Origin: Ilumatobacteraceae bacterium
GTDB taxonomy: Bacteria > Actinomycetota > Acidimicrobiia > Acidimicrobiales > Ilumatobacteraceae
Direction of reading: 5' to 3'
Length of the DNA: 40,356 nt
NCBI GenBank assembly: GCA_964202465.1
Contig: CAXNIQ010000001.1
Coordinates: 1-40,356 of the forward strand
The notes below the pieces were generated by a model, which made no database searches, was not told the DNA's origin, and saw nothing but the letters and a program-made list of their open reading frames with translations. The translations under genes were made by a program, and so were the position numbers. This document shows, piece after piece, positions 1 to 7,863 of the stretch; the stretch's first letter is position 1, and every line of letters begins with the position of its first letter.

Positions 1-1761
1 AGGACCAAAGTCTCCTTCGCGAACAGACTTCGGTGCACGTAGTGAAGGCGCAGCTTCAATCATCACCTTGTCGGCAAGCGCCATTATCTGGGCAGGTATT
101 CGGTAACCGACCGACAATCCAATGACTTCTTGCTCGCGCTTGTTTGGCAGGTATTGCAACAAATCCGACCAAGCATTCGGTGCAAACGGGCCGGTTGCTT
201 GAGCCAAGTCGCCAACAACGGTCATTGCCCCACTGAGCGACCTGCGGGATGCCATGCGCAACTGCATCGGTGTGAGGTCTTGCACTTCGTCGATCACGAT
301 GTGTCCAAACACGCGCACCTCGTCGGTCTCGTCAATCTTGCCGTTTTTGCGTGGGCGTGGCCCCAACAATGCAAGCGCTTCGTCGAGCAGTGCAACATCG
401 CTGTCGCTCCACAACACTTCGGCTATCGAACTACTCCGTGCGCGCACGAGGCACTCATATTCTTGGGCAGCAAACTCGTCTTTTGCAGCCGACCTCACAA
501 GTGCTGCAGATCCAAACAAGTCATGGAGTAATTCGGCTGGTGTGAGCATCGGCCACATGCGTGCGAGAGTGGCACGAAACTCTGGAATATCACGCAACGA
601 ATCGCGCAATGCGTCAACATCGGCGTCTGGATTGCGACTCGAGGCAATCATTGCGCTAATCACTTCGGTTTCTATCCACCTATGAGCGGCATTGTGCCGA
701 CGGTACCGTCGTCGTGCATCGCGCACGATGCGCGCCGACTCCGTGGCTCGCAAGCGCATGAAACCAGCACCATACGGAATCTCGACGTCATCACGCACTG
801 GGCGTTGACGATCGTGAACCGCTTTCGTCATCACCTTTGCCATACGGATATCGCCTTTGACACGTTTTGCTGCATTGGTATCGACTACTCCAATGCGATG
901 ACCCGGCACTAAATCGGCAAGCACAACTTGTTCAACACCTGCTTCACCCAACGATGGCAATACTTGTTCGATGTAGCGCAAGAACACGCGATTAGGGCCA
1001 ATCACTAACACGCCCTGGTCTTCGAGCGGAAAGCGAAATGTGTACAACAAGTACGCAGCGCGATGCAGTGCAACAACAGTCTTGCCAGTGCCCGGACCAC
1101 CCTGCACAACGAGCACGCCGTTGTGGCTTGAGCGAATGATCTGATCTTGTTCGGCTTGAATAGTTGCAACGATGTCGCCGAGCTGTCCAGTACGTCCGCG
1201 TGCAAGTGCTGTCAGCAGTGTCGAGTACCCGCGCAAACCAGTTGCGGTTTGCTCGACTCCTGAAGCAACGCCGCCGCCAAGACCTTCGTCATGACCAACA
1301 CCCAAGTGTCCTTCGCCAAACAATTCGTCTTCGATGCCCAACAACTTTTGGCCATTGACGGCAAAGTGACGGCGTCGAGCAAGACCCATCGCCTCACGCC
1401 CAGTCGCTCGGTAAAACGGCTCAGAAACCGGTGCGCGCCAGTCGACAACTACTGGTTCATGATGTTCGTCTGCTACTGCGAGACGACCAACGTGAAAACT
1501 TTCGATCTCACCCTCTACTTCGCCAAATCGATCAATGCGCCCAAACACGAGAGCCGCATCGCCTAGGTCTAATTGGGTGAGTCGTAAAACCAATTGTTCG
1601 TCAAACGCGTTGCGCTCATAACGGGCCTGAAATGTGCCACCCTTGTCGGCTTCGTTGAGAGTCCGAATGCGCCACGCGTCGGTGCGACTGCGCTCAAGGC
1701 ACTCATATGCCCTGTCGATGTGGGCCTGTTCGGCCGCGAGGTCTGGGTGTTGTTGGCTCAT
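1..1761 (-). CDS. helD: HelD-like superfamily 1 helicase (helicase IV / RNA-polymerase-associated type); the C-terminus runs off the left edge
   Basis: It is absent from the ORF track because no stop codon lies in the window. My own reverse-strand translation from the ATG at 1761-1759 is open down to base 1 (587 codons): MSQQHPDLAAEQAHIDRAYECLE... Walker A is VVQGGPGTGKTVVALHRAAYL at about aa 215. Motif II is HIVIDEVQDLTPMQ, followed by TVVGDLAQ. A roughly 200-aa N-terminal domain ahead of Walker A is typical of HelD rather than UvrD/PcrA. Confidence 0.8.
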   Translation of the reverse strand, partial: MSQQHPDLAAEQAHIDRAYECLERSRTDAWRIRTLNEADKGGTFQARYERNAFDEQLVLRLTQLDLGDAALVFGRIDRFGEVEGEIESFHVGRLAVADEHHEPVVVDWRAPVSEPFYRATGREAMGLARRRHFAVNGQKLLGIEDELFGEGHLGVGHDEGLGGGVASGVEQTATGLRGYSTLLTALARGRTGQLGDIVATIQAEQDQIIRSSHNGVLVVQGGPGTGKTVVALHRAAYLLYTFRFPLEDQGVLVIGPNRVFLRYIEQVLPSLGEAGVEQVVLADLVPGHRIGVVDTNAAKRVKGDIRMAKVMTKAVHDRQRPVRDDVEIPYGAGFMRLRATESARIVRDARRRYRRHNAAHRWIETEVISAMIASSRNPDADVDALRDSLRDIPEFRATLARMWPMLTPAELLHDLFGSAALVRSAAKDEFAAQEYECLVRARSSSIAEVLWSDSDVALLDEALALLGPRPRKNGKIDETDEVRVFGHIVIDEVQDLTPMQLRMASRRSLSGAMTVVGDLAQATGPFAPNAWSDLLQYLPNKREQEVIGLSVGYRIPAQIMALADKVMIEAAPSLRAPKSVREGDFGP

Positions 1762-1898
1762 TTTGGGGTCTAGCAATTCTACCGTCTGCATCTGCACTGT
1801 TTTCTGGTTGATTTCATGTGACTTTCTTGCGCACAATCCGCCAACCGCACATTTCGACTGTCAATATCCACATTCGGTCATCAAACAAGGAGGATCGG

Positions 1899-2561
1899 AT
1901 GCTGTTCAGGAAATGTTTACTTGTCCCACTGGCTGTTGTGTTGTGTTCGTGCGTTGTGCAACTGGGCGTAGGCGACAGAGAACAAACGACATTGGACTTC
2001 ACGACAATGGACACAACGGAAACAACTGACACAACGGAAATAACTGATGCTGTGATGGATTCGATTCCATCGACTTTGAACACAACACCTGTCACAAATC
2101 CCGTCATGAATCCTGGCGCTATTGCACAGTTGCGCAGTGATTTCATTTCGAATCAGAATATTTTTAACATATGCATGTTGGCGCCAAAAAAGTGTGTTGC
2201 CTCGCGAATTACCGTGCCAAATTCGCCTTGGCGTGAATACCTCAATCGCCTGATACGCGACTATTCCGCAGCCAACATTCGCTCACGAAAGGGCTCTGGT
2301 GTTGCACTCGTGCGCATCGATTCGTTAAGTCTTGTCGACAGCAACACTGCCCTAGTCAACGCATGCTCATATGACTCGATGGTATTGGTTGATGCCGGCG
2401 CGACAGACAGCGCTGCTGACGACATCATCTTCAACGACGCAGTGAGTTCATACCTTTCTACGTGGGTACTCAAGAAGGACGATGGTGCTTGGAAATTCTT
2501 TTCGTGGTCGGCAAGCATGATCAAATTCAATGTCGATCAATGTGGATTTAACAAGCCATGA
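1899..2561 (+). CDS. Hypothetical exported protein, possibly a lipoprotein, with a short acidic Thr-rich repeat
   Basis: ORF 1818..2561. I prefer the ATG at 1899 because AAGGAGG lies 6-12 nt upstream. The N-terminus MLFRKCLLVPLAVVLCSCVV looks like a signal peptide with a marginal lipobox (LCS|C). I recognise no family. Confidence 0.6.
   Translation: MLFRKCLLVPLAVVLCSCVVQLGVGDREQTTLDFTTMDTTETTDTTEITDAVMDSIPSTLNTTPVTNPVMNPGAIAQLRSDFISNQNIFNICMLAPKKCVASRITVPNSPWREYLNRLIRDYSAANIRSRKGSGVALVRIDSLSLVDSNTALVNACSYDSMVLVDAGATDSAADDIIFNDAVSSYLSTWVLKKDDGAWKFFSWSASMIKFNVDQCGFNKP
2010..2045 (+). repeat. 18-bp tandem duplication inside the CDS (gacacaacggaaacaact / gacacaacggaaataact), encoding DTTETT-DTTEIT
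   Basis: Read directly from the sequence. The two adjacent in-frame units differ at one base. Confidence 0.9.
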
Positions 2562-3424
2562 AATCGACTCCGAAATATACAACGGCCCTACTTGTGGCCA
2601 CATCGATTTGGATGCTCCAAAGTCCAGCCACGGTGCACGCCATCCAATCCTCGCCAGCCCCAGACTCAACAATCGATGTCAGCAGTGCAGTTCGTGGTGA
2701 TCAAATAATGGCAGGCATCGAATACGGAGCATCTCCGGGGGGTGGTGGGGGCGCTGATTCGGAATGCGAGTGGGCAGAATCTTTGCCTCGTGATGCGAGC
2801 GCAACCGGCCCTGGCACGGCCGTGATCAAGCACATTGGGTCAGTCACTTATAAGTTGTACGACTTCACGTGTCCCGACCGTGATCAACAAACCACATACC
2901 ACTGGCTTCCTCAGGTCTCAACCGAACAGCTCGCTGAGCATGCGGCATCGATCGTCTACGACAACTTGCCTGCGCTCTGGGGCAACTTTGCCCCACCAGC
3001 CCGACGAGGGTTCGTCGATATAGGCACATGGATTTGGGTCAACCCCGTGTTATGGATTCCTGTCAAACTCACTGCATCCGTCATGACACCGGTAGGTCGT
3101 ATCTCTGTGACCACCAAAGCCACACCAAAGAAACTCATTTTCGATCCAGGTGACGGCAACTTAGGTTCTGGCCCAATCACCTGCAACAATCCTGGATTGA
3201 TCTGGATGTCGCAATTTGGAGACCGCATGTCGTCTCCGTGCATGTACACCTACCATCACTCATCTGCAACACAGTCGACAGGACTCTTCGAGGCTGATGT
3301 TGCCGTGCAGTGGCATGTCACATGGTCAACAAATGTAGGCACAAGCGGAACCATTGGCGACCTCACCTTGCACACAACGCACCAAATGAATATCCGCGAA
3401 GTGCAAGCACTGATTAGTCATTAG
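2558..3424 (+). CDS. Hypothetical secreted protein (four Cys, beta-rich C-terminal half)
   Basis: 288-aa ORF whose ATG overlaps the upstream stop (ATGA at 2558-2561). The signal-peptide-like N-terminus is MKSTPKYTTALLVATSIWMLQSPATVHA|IQ. I recognise no family. Confidence 0.65.
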   Translation: MKSTPKYTTALLVATSIWMLQSPATVHAIQSSPAPDSTIDVSSAVRGDQIMAGIEYGASPGGGGGADSECEWAESLPRDASATGPGTAVIKHIGSVTYKLYDFTCPDRDQQTTYHWLPQVSTEQLAEHAASIVYDNLPALWGNFAPPARRGFVDIGTWIWVNPVLWIPVKLTASVMTPVGRISVTTKATPKKLIFDPGDGNLGSGPITCNNPGLIWMSQFGDRMSSPCMYTYHHSSATQSTGLFEADVAVQWHVTWSTNVGTSGTIGDLTLHTTHQMNIREVQALISH

Positions 3425-3911
3425 CGGCGGCTATCGCTCCAACCTTCGCACCCAGCACAGCAATCAGATCATTCACACCAATTTCGATGTCGAGGCCTCG
3501 TCGACCGCCACTCACCAACATGGTTTCTTGCAACAGTGCACTCTCGTCGACAACAGTTGGCAATTTTCGCTTTTGACCAAACGGACTGATGCCACCCACC
3601 ACGTATCCCGTAATTCTTGGCGCCTGCGAAGCCTCAACCATCTCGCAGCGTTTTGCATCAACTACGTGTGCCAAGAATTTCAACGAAAGTTGCGCATTTA
3701 CTGGCACGATGGCCACAAGTGGTCCGTTTTCAGACTGTGCAAGCAGCGTTTTGTAGACGCGCGACTCATCGACACCGAGCGCGCGAGCCGCAGCCCTGCC
3801 ATAACCAATGTCATCTGTTGAAGCCAGGTCGTGATCAAACGTGTGCGCAACATAGTGAATACCAAGTTGCTCGAGGCGCACAAGCGCCGGCGTGGCTGCC
3901 TTCATGGGCAC
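3414..3911 (-). CDS. ybaK: YbaK/EbsC-type Cys-tRNA(Pro) deacylase
   Basis: 165 aa. The size and sequence (HYVAHTFDHD..., GYVVGGISPFGQKR, TMLVSGGRRGLDIEI) fit the YbaK trans-editing domain family. Confidence 0.75.
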   Translation of the reverse strand: MPMKAATPALVRLEQLGIHYVAHTFDHDLASTDDIGYGRAAARALGVDESRVYKTLLAQSENGPLVAIVPVNAQLSLKFLAHVVDAKRCEMVEASQAPRITGYVVGGISPFGQKRKLPTVVDESALLQETMLVSGGRRGLDIEIGVNDLIAVLGAKVGAIAAAND

Positions 3912-4025
3912 ATCATAGGAAACATCGCGTCAGATTGGATCTAATAGTCCTTTGCAGGTAGTAACGGGGGCCCTTGTCTGACACACTGAAGCGTCGCTTC
4001 AACGAAGCAGAAAAGGAAATACCCA

Positions 4026-4631
4026 ATGCCAGTCAGTAACGCCAGAGACACCATTTTGATCGAGCGCCGTTACGCGGCAGTTTTCAGCACCTTGACCGAC
4101 GAATCGATCGTCAAACTTGCCGCAGCCGTCGAGGAAAAACTGCGCGACGCCCTTGCCAAAGTGCTCGCCCTGCCTGCAGGAGCATTTACCGAACCAGCCA
4201 CGCTTGCACCAAAAATTCGTGAGGCTATGAAAGAGCGTCGCTCATACCTCGACACCGGAGTCTTGTTTGGCGAAGGCGCAACAGAGCGAGCGATCGAGTT
4301 GTTGGGCGACCAGTCAGACGACCCAAGCCTCGAGGATTTGCAACTTGTGATACCTGCACTTGTTGAAACATTTGGACTTGATGCAGTGCGCCTGATGGCC
4401 GTGCAGTACTCGGTTTCACTTGGCGGATTCCGCAAACTCGTCAACACCGATGAGCGATTCATGATTCATAGCGCTCCAGAAGCAGCTGCTCGCACTGCCC
4501 CTGGTGCCGCATCGGTCGATGCTGTTGCACAAGACGAAAAGCGTCGTGCCCGTGCCGAGCGTAAAGAAAAAGATCGTCTCGACAGAGCAAAGGCCGAAGC
4601 ACAGCGTCGCGCTGCATACGGTCGCATTTAA
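4026..4631 (+). CDS. Hypothetical protein with a highly charged Lys/Arg/Glu-rich C-terminal tail
   Basis: 201-aa ORF with AAGGAAA about 7 nt upstream of the ATG. The C-terminus is QDEKRRARAERKEKDRLDRAKAEAQRRAAYGRI. I recognise no family. Confidence 0.6.
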   Translation: MPVSNARDTILIERRYAAVFSTLTDESIVKLAAAVEEKLRDALAKVLALPAGAFTEPATLAPKIREAMKERRSYLDTGVLFGEGATERAIELLGDQSDDPSLEDLQLVIPALVETFGLDAVRLMAVQYSVSLGGFRKLVNTDERFMIHSAPEAAARTAPGAASVDAVAQDEKRRARAERKEKDRLDRAKAEAQRRAAYGRI

Positions 4632-4651
4632 CTCAGCGCACAGAGTTCAAT

Positions 4652-5503
4652 ATGTCGCTCAAGCTTGCATCGGTTCAGGGTCGAGCACAGTTCGTAGTCG
4701 GAACATCAGACAACTTTCGCGTTGTCGATGTTGAAACTTCGAGCAATGGAATTCTTCCAAGTGACCCGATGGCATGCTTCAGCGTTTGGGACACACTTGC
4801 CCTTCACGCACAGTCACTGACTATCACCGACGGGGTGCCTTGCTCTCTTGAACAACTTGACTGTCCTATTCCTCGCCCACGTCAACTCTTTGCCATTGGT
4901 CTCAATTACAAATTGCACGCCAAAGAAATGAACAGCCCTCTCCCGACTACTCCGCTCACGTTTGCCAAATTTCAAAGTTCAATCAATACACCCTGCGGCG
5001 ATGTTCATCTTGTCGGCGATACATGCGACTACGAATCAGAGCTCGTCATCGTGATCGGCACAGGTGGACAAGACATCAACAAAGAAACTGCATGGCAACA
5101 CATCGCCGGCATTGCCGTTGGCCAAGATTTATCGGATCGCACATTGCAATACAGCGGCGTGCCACCTCAATTCAGCCTTGGAAAAAGCCGCACGGGATTT
5201 AGTCCGATTGGACCATGGGTCGCCGACATGCGCGAGCATGCAAGTCGCGACAACTTACGGCTCACGTGTTCTATCAACGGCGAAACACGTCAAGACACCA
5301 TGACCAACGACATGATCTTCGATATTTCAGAAATTGTTTCCTATTTGTCGGGCATCTGCAATCTCTACCCTGGCGATGCGATATTTACTGGTACCACATC
5401 TGGTGTGGGGCATGGTCACAAGCCGCCCCGTTACCTACGCAGCGGCGACATCATCGAAACAACCCTTGAGGGTGTTGGAACCATTCGTAATCGCTGCGTT
5501 TAG
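4652..5503 (+). CDS. Fumarylacetoacetate hydrolase (FAH) family protein
   Basis: 283 aa. It shows FAH-family hallmarks: GLNYKLHAKEM, FAKFQSS, DYESELVIVIG, and PGDAIFTGTTSGVG near the C-terminus. Confidence 0.8.
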   Translation: MSLKLASVQGRAQFVVGTSDNFRVVDVETSSNGILPSDPMACFSVWDTLALHAQSLTITDGVPCSLEQLDCPIPRPRQLFAIGLNYKLHAKEMNSPLPTTPLTFAKFQSSINTPCGDVHLVGDTCDYESELVIVIGTGGQDINKETAWQHIAGIAVGQDLSDRTLQYSGVPPQFSLGKSRTGFSPIGPWVADMREHASRDNLRLTCSINGETRQDTMTNDMIFDISEIVSYLSGICNLYPGDAIFTGTTSGVGHGHKPPRYLRSGDIIETTLEGVGTIRNRCV

Positions 5504-5541
5504 TAGCGCCCAGCCGCGCCATTGCGTTAGATTTTCTCCTG

Positions 5542-7272
5542 ATGGAAACCGGCAAAAAGACTGTCATCACGGGGGCCACGTTGGTCGATGGCACTGGGTT
5601 GGCACCCCGATATGCCGACATTGCATTTATCGACGGCAAAATCACCGAAGTCGGCGAACCGGGTTCAGTTTCTACGGCACATGCACATCGCCATATCGAT
5701 GCCGATGGGTTGCTGCTCACTCCAGGTTGGGTCGACGTGCACACACACTATGACGCGCAGGCAACATGGGATCCATGGTTGACACCAAGTAGTTGGCACG
5801 GTGTCACTTCTGTTGTCATGGGTAACTGTGGCGTTGGATTTGCCCCCGCAGCACCCGATCGCCATCAATGGCTGATCGATCTCATGGAAGGCGTCGAAGA
5901 TATTCCTGGCTCAGCAATGGTTGAAGGTATCAAGTGGGAATGGACTTCGTTCCCCGAATATCTCGATGCACTCGAGCGACAACCACACGTGCTCGACATG
6001 GGCACACAAATTGCTCATGGCGCATTGCGCGCATTTGTGATGGGTGATCGTGGTGCCGACAACGAAGACGCAACTGCAGACGATATTTCGCAGATGAGCG
6101 CACTCACCGAGGAAGCGTTGCGCGCGGGTGCCCTCGGTTTTTCTACTTCGCGAACGTCATTGCATCGCTCCAAGCACGGCGTTCTTGTGCCAGGCACTAC
6201 AGCACAGCCAGACGAGTTGTATGGAATTGCCGATGCAATGAAGCGTGTCGGGCACGGCATCTTTCAATTTTCTCCGGAGCATTCGCGAGTGCCTGTAGAC
6301 GAATGGCCATGGATGCAAGAACTTGCGCGTCGATCTGGAGCCACCGTCAGTGTCAATGTCAATCAATTAGATGACGGCAGCGAAGTATGGCGCAAAACGC
6401 TTGCGTTACTTACGCAGGCTCACGCCAATGGAGAAAAGATCGTTGCCCAAACCGCTGGTAGGTCGATCGGGATTTTGATGTGCCTCGAGGGCAGCGTGCA
6501 TCCGTTACTCGCCCACCCTGCATATCACGAGATTGCTCACTTGCCATTTGCCCAACGCATTGCAGCGCTCAAAGAACCGTTACGTCGCGCAAGATTTGTG
6601 AGCGAAGTGCCCACCGATGGTTTTTACAACGGACTCGTCACCAAATCATTGGGGCGGATGTATCCGGTAACGACAGCCAACATCGATTACGAGCCGCACC
6701 CCAGCACGTCAATTGGCCAAGAGTCGAAGCGAACTGGAGTTGCTCCAATGCAACTGATTGTCGATCATCTGTTGACCAATGAGGGCAAGGGCATCATCTA
6801 CTCGCCATTTTTCAACTACATGTACGGCGATCTTTCCATGACCTACGAGATGATGCAGCACCCACAAACACGAAACGGTCTCAGCGATGCAGGAGCGCAT
6901 TGCGGCGCAATCTGCGATGGAGGCATGCCCACGTTTATGCTCACGCACTGGGCTCGAGATCGCACGCGCGGTCCAAAACTTTCGATTGAGCACATTGTGT
7001 ACCGCCAAACACGTCACACTGCCGAGTTGCACGGCTTACTCGACCGCGGCATTGTTGCTCCTGGTATGAAAGCCGACCTCAACGTAATCAATTTCGACCA
7101 GTTGGGTTTTGATATGCCATACATGGCTTACGATCTGCCCGCTCAGGGCAGGCGCCTTGTGCAAACCGCACATGGCTACAACAAAACATTTGTTAGCGGA
7201 GTGCAAACCGTCGAAAACGATGCATTCACCGGCGAATTGCCTGGCAAACTCATCCGCGGACCGCAGCGCTAA
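5542..7272 (+). CDS. N-acyl-D-amino-acid deacylase (D-aminoacylase) family amidohydrolase
   Basis: 576 aa. The N-terminus VITGATLVDGTG...IAFIDGKI, the metal motif GWVDVHTHYD and the overall length fit the D-aminoacylase branch of the amidohydrolase superfamily. Confidence 0.8.
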   Translation: METGKKTVITGATLVDGTGLAPRYADIAFIDGKITEVGEPGSVSTAHAHRHIDADGLLLTPGWVDVHTHYDAQATWDPWLTPSSWHGVTSVVMGNCGVGFAPAAPDRHQWLIDLMEGVEDIPGSAMVEGIKWEWTSFPEYLDALERQPHVLDMGTQIAHGALRAFVMGDRGADNEDATADDISQMSALTEEALRAGALGFSTSRTSLHRSKHGVLVPGTTAQPDELYGIADAMKRVGHGIFQFSPEHSRVPVDEWPWMQELARRSGATVSVNVNQLDDGSEVWRKTLALLTQAHANGEKIVAQTAGRSIGILMCLEGSVHPLLAHPAYHEIAHLPFAQRIAALKEPLRRARFVSEVPTDGFYNGLVTKSLGRMYPVTTANIDYEPHPSTSIGQESKRTGVAPMQLIVDHLLTNEGKGIIYSPFFNYMYGDLSMTYEMMQHPQTRNGLSDAGAHCGAICDGGMPTFMLTHWARDRTRGPKLSIEHIVYRQTRHTAELHGLLDRGIVAPGMKADLNVINFDQLGFDMPYMAYDLPAQGRRLVQTAHGYNKTFVSGVQTVENDAFTGELPGKLIRGPQR

Positions 7273-7288
7273 ACACGCTGCGTTTATT
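7262..7288 (+). terminator. Rho-independent terminator candidate overlapping the D-aminoacylase stop codon
   Basis: 7-bp stem cgcagcg (7262-7268) / cgctgcg (7276-7282), 7-nt loop, followed by tttatt. It sits between convergent genes. Confidence 0.5.
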
Positions 7289-7856
7289 AGCTCGTCATTC
7301 CCCCAAGACCAACAAGCCCGCGAGCAAGTTCAATCTCGCCCATGTGACGCAGACCGTGCTGATAGATCCAACACTCGACCGCGTCCAACACGGTGATACC
7401 CACGTCCCCCGCCACGCGAGCCGAATACGTCGACTCGATTTGCGGCGGAAACGGCCGCGCGATCACAACTCGCTTGAGTTCACCAGCATCAAGTGTCTCA
7501 AGCCAAGCGTGCACGCGATTGAAAACCAGCTGCAGGTATTCCTGAAATGCTTGGTAATCGCCAATGCGCTGGCCAACCATTTCATCCACCGTCTTGTGCT
7601 TGCCGTGATCGGCAATAGACGGATTGACGCGTGCCTTCCACTCGTCATTCCAGATCGGGGCGACGCCCGTGATCAACATGAACGACGCGTCGATCATGTT
7701 GACAATGTGAAACAGACTGAATGCAATTGGCATCACACCTTCGCGCTCAAAATGATTGACATGGTCTATTGTCATCGTGCTTAAAGCTTGGTCATACAGC
7801 GAATGCAAAGCCTTCATACGGCGCTGCAATGAATCAAGGATCAATTCGCTAGACAT
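7287..7856 (-). CDS. DinB-like (DinB_2 four-helix-bundle, metal-binding) family protein
   Basis: 189 aa. His-containing helices (FSLFHIVNMID; IYQHGLRHMGEIELARG) match the DinB-superfamily pattern. The start lies 7 nt downstream of the sulfatase stop, and AAGGAA overlaps the end of the sulfatase gene. Confidence 0.6.
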   Translation of the reverse strand: MSSELILDSLQRRMKALHSLYDQALSTMTIDHVNHFEREGVMPIAFSLFHIVNMIDASFMLITGVAPIWNDEWKARVNPSIADHGKHKTVDEMVGQRIGDYQAFQEYLQLVFNRVHAWLETLDAGELKRVVIARPFPPQIESTYSARVAGDVGITVLDAVECWIYQHGLRHMGEIELARGLVGLGGMTS

Positions 7857-7863
7857 GCCTGTG

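Noticed and set aside
1762-1898. Rifamycin-associated element (RAE) upstream of helD
   Set aside because: No GC-rich inverted repeat of the expected kind is visible in the 137-bp upstream region.
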